From a virus: a stretch of 64,000 nucleotides of DNA. The notes below the pieces were generated by a model. The model was given only the letters and a program-made list of their open reading frames with translations, had not been told where the DNA came from and did no database searches. The stretch covers positions 116,050-180,049 of the IMG/VR virus record IMGVR_UViG_3300022602_000031; one strand, written 5' to 3'. Positions 36,893 through 47,033 of the stretch are shown here, in pieces. The first letter of the stretch is position 1; each line of letters opens with the position of its first letter. Made by a program: the position numbers and the translations under genes.

Positions 36893-37987
36893 ATGCTATA
36901 TCTAGTTACCCACCCACTTAAACGTCCAGCAGAAAAACAATTAGATTTACTATTAGGTACGCTGGACTTATTTGGCGTTGACTATCAGCAGGTGCCTATA
37001 GATCAAATACCCGCAGGAAGCACAGTTATTACTGATTGTTTTATAATGGAAACCCCGTCGGGTGATCCCGGGCACGACATAGCACAGCAGATTATCGATG
37101 CCTGTACTGGTAGAGATTGTAAACTAGTGTTTTACTACCCTAGCGAAAGTTATGCTACACTATCAGCTAGTTTTACGCCTACCGCACATTTATGTCTAGA
37201 GCGTAGTATTGAAGCACATTTGATCAAATGCGGTGATTGGGACATTATAGGATTTACTAATCATAATTTGCCTGAATTTTTTGCCTGGGTTATCAGTAGT
37301 GATTTTAATCTAGCCAGGTTAGCCTACACACAGCAGGCAATAGATCACAATCCCAAGACACATCGTTTTTTGTTTTTAAACGGGGAACGTCGCCAAGACC
37401 GAGAATATTTTTTTAATCTCTACAAAGATGCTGGCCTACTAGAGTCTAGTATATGGAGTTATAGATCAGGTAAAAGCAGTGAAGGCTTTGGCCCCAATGA
37501 AGATTGGCCGGATCCTTTTGTACACCCTGACTTCCGTTTCTATGCTTATTATCCTAGTCATTTTTATCGTACTAAGATTAGCATCATCAGCGAAACTACA
37601 CAGATGGAGTTCTTTCCTACAGAAAAAACTTATAAGAGCCTAATGCTTGGACACCCATTTGTATTATACGGTGGTAGAGGCAGTTTAGGTAAGCTACAAC
37701 AACTGGGATTTCGCACATTCGGCCCGTGGATTGATGAAAGCTATGATTTAGCTGACTATCCCTTGGAACGTGCTGATCGTACTATTCCATTACTTGATCA
37801 AATTCCCGAAGATATCATTGAGCTAACACAAGAAGTACGTGATCACAATCGACGACAATTTCACGTTGTAGCCCAAAGCATTTATCCTAAATTATTGAAT
37901 ATATTGCAAGATATTGATCGTAGTGTTATAATCAATGAAAGTTTTACAGTTAATACTAGCATATTAAACAAGTATTTTTTGAATTAA
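36893..37987 (+). CDS. Glycosyltransferase-like protein (GT10-like)
   Basis: FLFLNG..R; IISET...PTEKTYKSLMLGHPF..GFRTF. Confidence 0.55.
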   Translation: MLYLVTHPLKRPAEKQLDLLLGTLDLFGVDYQQVPIDQIPAGSTVITDCFIMETPSGDPGHDIAQQIIDACTGRDCKLVFYYPSESYATLSASFTPTAHLCLERSIEAHLIKCGDWDIIGFTNHNLPEFFAWVISSDFNLARLAYTQQAIDHNPKTHRFLFLNGERRQDREYFFNLYKDAGLLESSIWSYRSGKSSEGFGPNEDWPDPFVHPDFRFYAYYPSHFYRTKISIISETTQMEFFPTEKTYKSLMLGHPFVLYGGRGSLGKLQQLGFRTFGPWIDESYDLADYPLERADRTIPLLDQIPEDIIELTQEVRDHNRRQFHVVAQSIYPKLLNILQDIDRSVIINESFTVNTSILNKYFLN

Positions 37988-37990
37988 AAC

Positions 37991-38084
37991 GGAGAGCTGG
38001 CCGAGTGGTCGAAGGCACTTCCCTGCTAAGGAAGCATACGGGCTTAAACCTGTATCGAGGGTTCGAATCCCTCGCTCTCCGCCA
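37991..38084 (+). tRNA. tRNA-Ser(GCT)
   Basis: CTTCC-CTGCTAA-GGAAG, long variable arm. Confidence 0.95.
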
Positions 38085-38131
38085 AGTTTGTGATAAATAA
38101 ATACAATAAACACAAATCCCAGGAGTTTTCC

Positions 38132-39097
38132 ATGAATCAAACAAAAACAATACGTTGGGTATTATACCACGAACCGATTGATCTTTTTATTCGCACAGCA
38201 GAAGCATTCAGCAAAGAAATCAATCGTTTAACTGATGGTCGCATCAACGTAGAAATTTACAGCACCAACGAATTTGCTGAAAAATTTAAAAAAGGTGTAA
38301 ACGTAGAGCCAATGGTTTGGATGCAGGCTGGCGATTGCGAAATGAGCCAGGTTCAAATTGGCGAAATTGCTAACTGGCATAGCCCAGATTTTTGGGCATT
38401 AGAACTACCATTTTTATTCCGCGATCATGATCACGCTACTCGAGCACTAGAAGGCCCAATTGGGCAAAGTATGTTAAAGAATTTAGAAAATACCAGCCCA
38501 GCACGTGGATTGGCATTTACTTACTCAGGTGGATATCGTTGTCTAGCAGTCGACCGTGAAATTAATACAGCAGAAGGTCTTAAAGGACTAACAGTTATTA
38601 CTCAAAAAAATCCAATTACAATCGAGACAGCTGAAGCATTTGGTCTAGTTCCGGTGCCGGTTAATGTTAAAGATCATCTTAACAAAGATAGAAATAAACA
38701 CACAAACTTCAACGGTAATAACGCAGTTGAAACAACATTACCGCGCTACGAAGCAGAAGCAAAAACCGAAGCTCATCGTTACATAGCCGATACACGTCAC
38801 AATATGTATTTGACAAGTATTATCATTGCTAAAGAATTTTGGAATGACTTATCTGCTGAAGATCAAGAATTTATTCAACAGGCCGCACTACACAGCAGTC
38901 GTTTAGAGCGTCAATGGTCAGTGGCTGATGCTAATAAAATTTCTGACAGCAAAGAAGAACAAGATAAGTTGGGTGTTACATACAACAATTTTAGCAAAGA
39001 AGAAACTGCTAAATTAAAACAAGCAACAGCACATTTGTATGAAAAATACTCACAATTTTTTACTCCAGATCTAGTAGATGGAATTATTAAATCCTAA
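38132..39097 (+). CDS. DctP-like solute-binding protein, copy 2
   Basis: LELPFLFRDHDHA and LAFTYSGGYR motifs; GATAAATA at 38092; start moved to 38132. Confidence 0.82.
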   Translation: MNQTKTIRWVLYHEPIDLFIRTAEAFSKEINRLTDGRINVEIYSTNEFAEKFKKGVNVEPMVWMQAGDCEMSQVQIGEIANWHSPDFWALELPFLFRDHDHATRALEGPIGQSMLKNLENTSPARGLAFTYSGGYRCLAVDREINTAEGLKGLTVITQKNPITIETAEAFGLVPVPVNVKDHLNKDRNKHTNFNGNNAVETTLPRYEAEAKTEAHRYIADTRHNMYLTSIIIAKEFWNDLSAEDQEFIQQAALHSSRLERQWSVADANKISDSKEEQDKLGVTYNNFSKEETAKLKQATAHLYEKYSQFFTPDLVDGIIKS

Positions 39098-39722
39098 TAT
39101 CGTTTTTTCAAAATACACAGACAATAAATTAATTGATATAACAGCTCAGGATTTGTTTAGTAATAGACGAATCCTGATTTGCTCTGTGGTCCGCCCTCGC
39201 GAAAATCTAGATCAAAAATATGCTGATTACATTCAAAGTTTGATTCCGTTTTATAAACAACACGGAGTCGATGATGTGTATCTTATTAATTCGTCGGCTG
39301 GTAAATTTGGCCTGGTTAGATTAGAAAAAAATCATCCACAGATTACCAGCCTGTACGATAATAATGCTGACTTTGTTCGAGCATTAGCTACACAGTTGAA
39401 TAAAAAACCCACAGTTGACACTTTGTCCAAATACTGGAGTTATCAGGTTTTAGTTAATAATGGTAAAGTTGAGCAGTTTTACGAACAACCAACTGAAAAT
39501 TATATCAAACATATTATTGATGCCGGATATAAAATTGATCTGGGCAACCATAAGTTTTTTGCTCTAGAAGGAGATCGGGCATTACATCGCCCTTCGTTGC
39601 GGGTAGAAGAACAGCAGTTTGAGCACATAAACATAGAACAAAAACACCTAATCACCGGAGCCATTATGTATTTTAATTTATGGCCAAATAACTTGTTGTA
39701 TAACTATCTAAAGAGTGTATAA
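39078..39722 (+). CDS. Degenerate redoxin (Prx5-like), copy 2
   Basis: LFSNRRILIC...GVDDVYLIN...WSYQVLVNNGKVE. Confidence 0.55.
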   Translation: MELLNPNIVFSKYTDNKLIDITAQDLFSNRRILICSVVRPRENLDQKYADYIQSLIPFYKQHGVDDVYLINSSAGKFGLVRLEKNHPQITSLYDNNADFVRALATQLNKKPTVDTLSKYWSYQVLVNNGKVEQFYEQPTENYIKHIIDAGYKIDLGNHKFFALEGDRALHRPSLRVEEQQFEHINIEQKHLITGAIMYFNLWPNNLLYNYLKSV

Positions 39723-39733
39723 TTAACATTGTA

Positions 39734-39990
39734 TTAATAAGTTTGGACAGACGGTGTGGCGACCATCTGATACTTGTGGTAGTGTGAGTATTGGCAGGCA
39801 GTTGAGCCCCGTGGCATGGAAATGTAATATCGGGTACTCCCGAGGGTATAAGTAATTTTAGAGCCAAGAAAACGTTGCTAGATTCCATGAAAAACACCCG
39901 TGAGGGTTAGCCTTTCGTTGCCGGGTCGCACCCAGCAGGCATTGTGGTCCACAGTCGAAAAGCAGATTTTAGTCTGTCCAAACTTATTAA
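39734..39990 (+). ncRNA. Candidate 257-nt structured RNA
   Basis: Perfect 19-bp terminal inverted repeat; internal hairpins; TATAAT at 39718-39723. Confidence 0.6.
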
Positions 39991-40037
39991 ACGGGGTAGC
40001 CCTTGATAAATAATAACATATACTTGGAGTTTCCCAA

Positions 40038-40994
40038 ATGAGTCAAACAAGAAAAATCCGTTGGTTAATCGCACATGAGCCCGTAGATCTGTTCCTACGC
40101 ACAGCCGAAGCATTTCAACAAAAAATCGCCGAATTAACTAACAACGCTTTTGAAGTAGAAATCTTCACAGCCAGCGAATACAAGACAAAATTTAATAGTT
40201 ACGATAAAAAAGCCGGCCCAATGGTTGAATTGGACGAAGGCAACATCGAAATGAGCCAAATGCATATTACTGAACTAGCAGTATGGCATAACCCAGATTT
40301 TTACGCATTAGAAATGCCGTTTATTTTCCGTGATCATGATCACGCTCAACGTGTACTAGAAGGTCAAATTGGCCGTACAATGTTGGATAATTTAGAACAC
40401 GAAAGTCCAGCTAAAGGTCTAGCATTTACTTACTCGGGTGGCTTCCGTTGTGTTGCCAGCGAAGATGAAGTTACCAGCATTGACCAGTTTAAAGGCGCCA
40501 AGTTTGCTACAGCGGTTAATCCAGTTACTATTGATACCATTGAAGCATTAGGTGCAATTCCTGATGTATTCAGTATCAAAGACTTTGCCAAAAAATTAAC
40601 TGAAGAAGGTAATGATGCCCAGGCATTAGAAACTACTATTCCTCGTTACCTAGCACAATTTAAAACATCAAACAAGAAATTCTTGTTGAATACCAAACAC
40701 AGTTTATTCTTAACTACAATTATTGTTGGTAAGAAGTTCTGGAACGAACTAGATGAAACAACACAGGCCAAGTTCCGTGAAGCCTGTTTGTATGCTAGTC
40801 GTTTAGAACGTCAATGGTCAGTTGAAGAAGCAGATGAATTTGCTGATAAATTAGATCACAGCGATATTGGTGTTACATACGCAGAATTAAGCGATGCTGA
40901 AACTACTAAGTTTAAAGAACTTGTTCAACCACTATATGACAAATACCGTGATTTCTTTTATCCCGGTTTAGTTGATGGAATCATTCAAAGCTAA
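40038..40994 (+). CDS. DctP-like solute-binding protein, copy 3
   Basis: LEMPFIFRDHDHA and LAFTYSGGFR motifs; GATAAATA at about 40005. Confidence 0.82.
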   Translation: MSQTRKIRWLIAHEPVDLFLRTAEAFQQKIAELTNNAFEVEIFTASEYKTKFNSYDKKAGPMVELDEGNIEMSQMHITELAVWHNPDFYALEMPFIFRDHDHAQRVLEGQIGRTMLDNLEHESPAKGLAFTYSGGFRCVASEDEVTSIDQFKGAKFATAVNPVTIDTIEALGAIPDVFSIKDFAKKLTEEGNDAQALETTIPRYLAQFKTSNKKFLLNTKHSLFLTTIIVGKKFWNELDETTQAKFREACLYASRLERQWSVEEADEFADKLDHSDIGVTYAELSDAETTKFKELVQPLYDKYRDFFYPGLVDGIIQS

Positions 40995-41517
40995 TTTACT
41001 CCCTGTTAGTTTTAAAACCACAATCAACAACCGAGAGGCAACTCTCGGTTTTGTTGACGTCTTTGCGAATAGACGTATAGTAATTTACAGTCTACCGACG
41101 TTACTGACTAAATTTGCCTGGGATCAATTACGTGCCTATGAAGAAGCTAATCAACAGATTTTAAATTCTGGAGTCGATCAAATTTATTGTATAAACAGTA
41201 ACGCTGAAAGTCGTATGCTGGCATATTACGCATCTAAGTTCAGCCAAACAGTAGTAGCATTACCTGATTTAAACACTACAGTATTACAGGCCATACAACA
41301 AGAATTTAGCATCGATAAAGAATTAAAAGACCTAGCAAGGCTATGGCAATACATTATTATCGTCAACGATGGCGTCCCAGAAAAGTTGTTTAGTAATCCA
41401 CTTAAAAAGAATATGCCATTAAGAATTGCCAAAAGCCGTCTGTATCAATATCATAATCTAGGGCCAGATGTGGTATTAAAATATTTGACCACACAAGAAA
41501 AAATAAGTACAATATAG
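40972..41517 (+). CDS. Degenerate redoxin (Prx5-like), copy 3
   Basis: VFANRRIVIYSLP...GVDQIYCIN...LPD...WQYIIIVNDG. Confidence 0.6.
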   Translation: MMESFKANLLPVSFKTTINNREATLGFVDVFANRRIVIYSLPTLLTKFAWDQLRAYEEANQQILNSGVDQIYCINSNAESRMLAYYASKFSQTVVALPDLNTTVLQAIQQEFSIDKELKDLARLWQYIIIVNDGVPEKLFSNPLKKNMPLRIAKSRLYQYHNLGPDVVLKYLTTQEKISTI

Positions 41518-41524
41518 TTTTAAT

Positions 41525-41598
41525 GCCCCTTTAGTTAAATGGTATAACGATTGATTTGTAATCATTAATTGGCAGTTCGATTCTGTCAAGGGGCACCA
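41525..41598 (+). tRNA. tRNA-Thr(TGT)
   Basis: TTTGTAA loop; GCCCCTT/AAGGGGC acceptor stem. Confidence 0.9.
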
Positions 41599-41612
41599 CT
41601 AATAGAGGATAT

Positions 41613-41786
41613 ATGGAAGAAAAGAAAAGTAAGAATCCTTTTATTGCCGCCGCAATGGCCGCAAAAGCCGCGGCAGGTAATCCCAAAGTGCCCGGAGCCA
41701 AAACAACCGCAGTCCAAAATGCCAAATTCGGCGGCCAAGTTCAAACCAATAAACCAGCTAAACGTAGCGCCGGTCGCGGAAGATAA
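41613..41786 (+). CDS. Small basic low-complexity protein (57 aa)
   Basis: GAGGA RBS; MEEKKSKNPFIAAAM...KRSAGRGR*. Confidence 0.65.
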   Translation: MEEKKSKNPFIAAAMAAKAAAGNPKVPGAKTTAVQNAKFGGQVQTNKPAKRSAGRGR

Positions 41787-41795
41787 CCAAAAACA

Positions 41796-41824
41796 TTGAC
41801 CACTAATACGAATTGTGTTATACT
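41796..41824 (+). promoter_or_regulatory. sigma70 promoter
   Basis: TTGACC-17 bp-TATACT. Confidence 0.75.
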
Positions 41825-41854
41825 GACTACAGTTTAACACTAACCGGAGTTGTC

Positions 41855-42016
41855 ATGTTTGAATCACTAGAAATCCGCAGAGCGGCAAATGGTTTTATTT
41901 TGGTAGTCAATACCGAAGAAGAAGCCCGAGAGTATGTATACGATACCGAACGTAAATTAGTTCGTGTTGTTAAGCAATACTTAGGCGAACGAGTAACAGC
42001 ACAAGAAGCTGAATAA
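41855..42016 (+). CDS. Small hypothetical protein
   Basis: GGAG RBS; MFESLEIRRAANGFIL... Confidence 0.65.
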   Translation: MFESLEIRRAANGFILVVNTEEEAREYVYDTERKLVRVVKQYLGERVTAQEAE

Positions 42017-42964
42017 TTACCAAACGAAGTTTTTAGCATAGTAGTCTACTATGTTTTTTAATTCAGTATCAAATACGGCCTTAGGTTCCCAACCTAGGGC
42101 TTTTATTTTGCTGTCATCAATTGCGTAACGCACATCCTGACCTTGACGCTTGATATTTACATCAAGATGCTCATCATACAATCCCTTACACCCACCCAGG
42201 TAGTACATATCAATAATTTTTTTGGCAATAACAATATTTTGTTCTTCGTAGTTGCCTGAGATATTAAAGATATCGTTTTGTACACCAGCTTCGATTAATG
42301 TAATAATAGCTTCGGCTGTATCGCTGGCGTGTAGCCAGGTGCGGCTTGGCAGGCCAGCATCGTGTAAAGGAATAGGTTTACCTAGACTCAAATACTTAAT
42401 CGAGTGCGGTATAAACTTTTCTGTATATTGTCCGATACCATAGTTATTAGTAGGACGTACAATTACATAAGGTACATCAAATGTACGTGCCCAGGCCAGG
42501 ATCAATTGATCAGCGGCAGCCTTGGTGGCTGAATAGGGGTTACTTGGCTTGAGCAGGTCTGTTTCTTTATGAAAACCGCTGACAATATCGCCATATACTT
42601 CGTCTGTGCTAAAGTGTAGCAGAGTTGGTTTGATCTTACTATTTTTAATAAGTTCTAATAAACGCCAAACTCCGTTGATATTACTTTTTAGGAATACTTC
42701 GCTAGAAGCAATACTATTATCTACGTGTGTTTCTGCGGCTGTATTAATAACATAGTCACATTCGTATAAACGTTCAATGTCATTGATGTCAGTTTCTTCA
42801 TAGGCAAAGTTTGAGTAATCAAAAAATTCGGTTAGCAGTTCTTCGTTTGATGCGTAGGTTATTTTATCAATGCCACGAACAAACCAGCCCTTTTCCAAAC
42901 AGGCACGAGTAACGTGACTACCAATTAATCCCAAACAACCTGTTACATATACTACACGCTTCAT
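42017..42964 (-). CDS. dTDP-glucose 4,6-dehydratase-like (RfbB-like)
   Basis: TGCLGLIG, AAETHVDNS, STDEVYG, YSATK and RPTNNYG motifs. Confidence 0.9.
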   Translation of the reverse strand: MKRVVYVTGCLGLIGSHVTRACLEKGWFVRGIDKITYASNEELLTEFFDYSNFAYEETDINDIERLYECDYVINTAAETHVDNSIASSEVFLKSNINGVWRLLELIKNSKIKPTLLHFSTDEVYGDIVSGFHKETDLLKPSNPYSATKAAADQLILAWARTFDVPYVIVRPTNNYGIGQYTEKFIPHSIKYLSLGKPIPLHDAGLPSRTWLHASDTAEAIITLIEAGVQNDIFNISGNYEEQNIVIAKKIIDMYYLGGCKGLYDEHLDVNIKRQGQDVRYAIDDSKIKALGWEPKAVFDTELKNIVDYYAKNFVW

Positions 42965-43443
42965 ATAGCTCTCCGCAAATTCATATAGCTGGGCTTGCCG
43001 TTGTTGATCCACTCGCTAAAATTTTTATTTAATTCTTCTAAACTGCCAGGCTTGAATACACGAATGTTTGGCAAAGCACGTAAAACCTTTTCGTCATCGT
43101 GTGCCCAGTGTGTAATACCATCATGGCTATAATCCTTGTCACGCCCGCTACCCAGTAATTTAACTGGAATACGTTCGTAGTCAACATAGTTGCGTAGAAA
43201 CTCAAACGGGCGATATAGTAGGAAACTACTCATACTATAGCATACTGGTATTAGACCTTCCTCTGCCATACCAATACCTACACCAATCATAAGTTGTTCG
43301 GCAGCACCTACATTGTAAAAACGATCTGGGTAAGCGTTGCGTATATTATCTAATATACCAAAGCCTAGGTCGGCAGTAACAACACGTATACGGTCGTTCA
43401 CTGACATTTCATCTAGTAGTAATTGGGCACATTCTTTTCTCAT
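42961..43443 (-). CDS. Transketolase C-terminal (pyrimidine-binding) subunit
   Basis: TADLG, NVGAAEQ and GITH motifs. Confidence 0.88.
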   Translation of the reverse strand: MRKECAQLLLDEMSVNDRIRVVTADLGFGILDNIRNAYPDRFYNVGAAEQLMIGVGIGMAEEGLIPVCYSMSSFLLYRPFEFLRNYVDYERIPVKLLGSGRDKDYSHDGITHWAHDDEKVLRALPNIRVFKPGSLEELNKNFSEWINNGKPSYMNLRRAI

Positions 43444-44078
43444 AGGAATTGTTCGTAGTCTTCTGGTTTAAGTACATAGTAATGAGTTAGCAGGCCTTTG
43501 GCAAATGACCATTCAGGTACCTGACTAACACGCAAATTAATTCTGGGCATAAAGGTTTGTAATCGACAAGCAAGTAGTCCAGCGTCGATCTTATCGTACG
43601 CACCCATACCATTGATATTAGCATACACTTCAAGATTGTTGACCTGATTGTCTGTAATAAAACGTAGGCTTTCCCATATACTGCCTTCGGCAGCCTCGCC
43701 GTCACTGATTAAACAATAAACTTTCTTATTAGGAGTTGCTAATGCGTGTCCGACAGCAATAGGCAAGCCAGATCCCAAACTACCTGTAGAACAGTATAAC
43801 TTATTTTCTAGGTCTTTACCTGGATGGATACCGTGTTTGTGTAACAACATAACCGGATCAATGCCGTATTTTTCTTCTAGCATAACATACAAGGCAAGTC
43901 CGGCGTGTCCGTTACTAAGGATGAATACCTCATCATCCTTTTTAACATTATAAATTTCTTCGATGATAGGCAAAGCACTTAACGTACTACTCAAGTGACT
44001 GAGCCGTTCTTGGTAAGTAATATCAACAATGCGTTTCTGTAATTCTACAGTTTTAGACATATTTAATTTGAATCCCAT
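43440..44078 (-). CDS. Transketolase N-terminal (ThDP-binding) subunit
   Basis: LSNGHA, TGSLGSGL and SDGEAAEGSIWE..N (GDG..N-like) motifs. Confidence 0.88.
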   Translation of the reverse strand: MGFKLNMSKTVELQKRIVDITYQERLSHLSSTLSALPIIEEIYNVKKDDEVFILSNGHAGLALYVMLEEKYGIDPVMLLHKHGIHPGKDLENKLYCSTGSLGSGLPIAVGHALATPNKKVYCLISDGEAAEGSIWESLRFITDNQVNNLEVYANINGMGAYDKIDAGLLACRLQTFMPRINLRVSQVPEWSFAKGLLTHYYVLKPEDYEQFL

Positions 44079-44079
44079 T

Positions 44080-44640
44080 TTAATCTTTGAATATAACTAA
44101 TAGTCCACGCTGGCAACGTTCATCTTCACGACTGTTGCGATTAAACAAATGATGACGTAGACCGTATTCGCGACAGCGATAGTAGATTTGATTTAAATTT
44201 TGGAACGCATCTGCATCAAACAGGTTAATGTCGTGGTAAATTAGTATTCCGCTATCGTTGAGCAATTCGGTAAAAACGTGCTCAAACCATTGGTCGGCCT
44301 GAAAGTGGTCACCGTCACTCATAATAAAATCAAACTTTTGATCAGTACCAAATACAAATTCTTTTTCGGGACTGTCTATAATAGTAATACGATCGCCATA
44401 CTTTTCTGTAACACCGTCGGGTCGTACACCGCCCCAGTCGTGCCAGTTATCAACTAATGTATAGTCAAACTCTTGTTGGTTAAAGTCCAGGCCGGCTAAT
44501 ATAGCATCAGTACCTTGTCCTCCCCCAATGCCAATTTCTAAAACCATCTTAGGTTTATTTGCTTGTACTAGGGCGGTAAGCATAGCCGCGTGTGCTACGT
44601 CTACTTTAACTACAGGGTCTTGTCCAAATGGTAATGGCAT
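44080..44640 (-). CDS. Class I SAM methyltransferase
   Basis: LEIGIGGG, SDGDH and GILIYHD motifs. Confidence 0.75.
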   Translation of the reverse strand: MPLPFGQDPVVKVDVAHAAMLTALVQANKPKMVLEIGIGGGQGTDAILAGLDFNQQEFDYTLVDNWHDWGGVRPDGVTEKYGDRITIIDSPEKEFVFGTDQKFDFIMSDGDHFQADQWFEHVFTELLNDSGILIYHDINLFDADAFQNLNQIYYRCREYGLRHHLFNRNSREDERCQRGLLVIFKD

Positions 44641-45461
44641 TATTGTTTTCTCTTAATAAAATCCCGAATACCCTCTTCTAATGAGTATTCAGTCTGAAAC
44701 TTGTATTGCATTTTAGCATATACGGTGTCACAACACCAAATATTGCTTTCATATGCTTTGCTCAAACCCGGCTCGTAAACAACATTGCCGGCACGGCCCG
44801 TGATTGTGCGCCATAGCTCAAGTACTTCTAGATTGCTATACTGTCGACCTGATCCAAAGTTTACAATTTCTCCTTTGGGCCACGGGCTGTTTAATAATAG
44901 CTCAATACCACGTACAAAGTCTTCAATGTAGATAAAGTCGTGATATCCATCACGTAAGGTCATTGGCGCATCGTTAACAAACGCTTCGTATAACTTTGGA
45001 TATAGTCTATGTGGGCGTTCGTTAACACCATAGCCCGAATATATACGAGCAACACAGGTATCTAACCCAAACTGACGGGCATATCCTTGGCACAACAGGG
45101 TAGCCGCACCTTTGGTAGCCTGATACACGTCAACTGGGTTAATAGGGTCTCGTTCGCTACTAGCACGTGGCATAGGGCCGTATTCGGCACTAGACCCTAA
45201 GTTAATAAATCTGGTTGTGGGGTTATAGTTTTTAATACCTTCCAACCAACTGTGTACAATACCAACGTTAGTTTCGTACATTACATTGGCATTGTATATT
45301 TCTCCAGCACAATTAATAACAACATCGGGTTTATGGAAAGCAACAAAGGATACAGGACTAGGACTTAACCTACCCCATTCAATAATTTCGTGTTGTGTAC
45401 CGAAATATTCTTTGAGACTTTTACCGATGAATCCGCTTGTACCGGTTATTACTATTTTCAT
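44640..45461 (-). CDS. NAD-dependent epimerase/dehydratase
   Basis: TGTSGFIG, GSSAEYG and YQATK motifs. Confidence 0.9.
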   Translation of the reverse strand: MKIVITGTSGFIGKSLKEYFGTQHEIIEWGRLSPSPVSFVAFHKPDVVINCAGEIYNANVMYETNVGIVHSWLEGIKNYNPTTRFINLGSSAEYGPMPRASSERDPINPVDVYQATKGAATLLCQGYARQFGLDTCVARIYSGYGVNERPHRLYPKLYEAFVNDAPMTLRDGYHDFIYIEDFVRGIELLLNSPWPKGEIVNFGSGRQYSNLEVLELWRTITGRAGNVVYEPGLSKAYESNIWCCDTVYAKMQYKFQTEYSLEEGIRDFIKRKQ

Positions 45462-46099
45462 TTAACTAATTGAGTTAACATACGTTCTGCCTGTGCCAAA
45501 CGTAAAGGCTTGTGTAGTCCAGGCCAGTGTACGATCCAATCACCCGATTGCCATTCACCTGAGTTACCCATAATGTCTTTGGTAACATCGCAGTAGTCGT
45601 AGGGTTCTTGGACATAGCTGTTCATATAACGCTGTGGAACGACCTTAACAAAGTCTTTACAGTCATCTAGTGTATCAATGATAACCTGTTGCTCGGCCCA
45701 TTCTACATTTTTATAAGTTTCTTCCAGATCAATGATCATCTGTAAGTATGCGCGACCTACTTCTGTATTACGAGCTAGGAAGTTACCGGAGTTGATGTTT
45801 AGTCGATCAACAGGTACAATAAAATGGTAGTTGTTGTCGATCTTATCCTCGATTGGAATAGTTAAATTTGTAATGGTAGCATCACATTCGGTAAACAAGC
45901 ACCACTGAATGTCAGGGTACTTTTCAAACAGGTCCAATACATAGTGTATTTTGTTAAAGCCCATAATTGGGCTGTACTTAGTTTCTTTAAGTACAAAGAA
46001 TTTATAACCGTGAATATCACAGTATTCTTGTTTGGGTTTATCAGTTAAATCGGCTAGGTCTTGATAGTTATCAGTATTGATGCTTGCGACAGCGTACAT
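45458..46099 (-). CDS. Glycosyltransferase, GT34-like
   Basis: FNKI, ECDA (DxD-like), INSGNF, EQQ and DWIVHWPG motifs. Confidence 0.75.
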   Translation of the reverse strand: MYAVASINTDNYQDLADLTDKPKQEYCDIHGYKFFVLKETKYSPIMGFNKIHYVLDLFEKYPDIQWCLFTECDATITNLTIPIEDKIDNNYHFIVPVDRLNINSGNFLARNTEVGRAYLQMIIDLEETYKNVEWAEQQVIIDTLDDCKDFVKVVPQRYMNSYVQEPYDYCDVTKDIMGNSGEWQSGDWIVHWPGLHKPLRLAQAERMLTQLVK

Positions 46100-46151
46100 T
46101 GTGGTCCTTGAAAAATTGACAGTAAGGTATTTATTATGCTTAAATACAGCT

Positions 46152-47018
46152 ATGAAAATATATGATTGTTTTACATTCTATCACGAGCTTGACTTACTTG
46201 AACTAAGATTAACAGAATTATACGACGTTGTCGACCACTTTGTGCTCGTAGAGGGCCGCACAACATACACTAGTCGTTGGAAGCCTTACTATTTTGATGA
46301 ACATCGGGCACGTTTCGCAAAATGGATGGATAAAATTATTCACATCAAAGTGGATGATATGCCCGGACACGCAGATGCCTGGGTTAACGACCGTTTCCAA
46401 CGTGACCAAATCTATCGCGGTATTGTGGATGCTGACCCAACTGATTTAATTATGGTCAGTGATTTGGATGAAATTATTCGTCCAGCGGCAGTAGAGCAAA
46501 TGCGTCGTAGCCAGCAGAGTCTATTTGCCCTGCGTATGCCAATTTATAATTTCAAATTTAACTATATGAAAGAAAGTCCAGATCGCTATAACATTTGGGG
46601 TATGGCTGGACATCGTAGTTATTTTGAAGATATCAAGCCCGATGCTTTCCGTCAACTGCGTTTTAACTTTTTCGATCACACATATCAATACAACCAAGAT
46701 GGTATTGAAGTTATTGAACACGGTGGATGGCACTTTGGTTATATGGGCGACAAAGATTGGCTATTGGACAAAGCCAAAAGTTTTGCCCACACCGAAGTTA
46801 ATAAACCAGAATTTCTTGAACAGATTGATCCTGACGCTTCTATTGCGGCAGGTAAAAGTTGGGACCGTAGTAGCGGTGATAAGTATGTAATAGTTGAACT
46901 AGATAGTTATTTCCCACAAACACTAGTCAACAATCGTGAGAAATATCAAAAATTTATTTTGGATAATCCAACAGCAAAAGCACTTGATTTATTGCCGGCT
47001 TATCCGTATAATAGTTAA
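46152..47018 (+). CDS. Glycosyltransferase, GT17-like
   Basis: YDCFTFYHELDLLELRL, SDLDEI and GGWHF motifs. Confidence 0.85.
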   Translation: MKIYDCFTFYHELDLLELRLTELYDVVDHFVLVEGRTTYTSRWKPYYFDEHRARFAKWMDKIIHIKVDDMPGHADAWVNDRFQRDQIYRGIVDADPTDLIMVSDLDEIIRPAAVEQMRRSQQSLFALRMPIYNFKFNYMKESPDRYNIWGMAGHRSYFEDIKPDAFRQLRFNFFDHTYQYNQDGIEVIEHGGWHFGYMGDKDWLLDKAKSFAHTEVNKPEFLEQIDPDASIAAGKSWDRSSGDKYVIVELDSYFPQTLVNNREKYQKFILDNPTAKALDLLPAYPYNS

Positions 47019-47033
47019 TTCAAATAGGTAACC

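Noticed and set aside
39734-39990. MITE interpretation of the 19-bp inverted repeat
   Set aside because: Only one copy is in the window, no transposase is present, no distinct flanking duplication was seen, and the interior has RNA-type tetraloops; not fully excluded.
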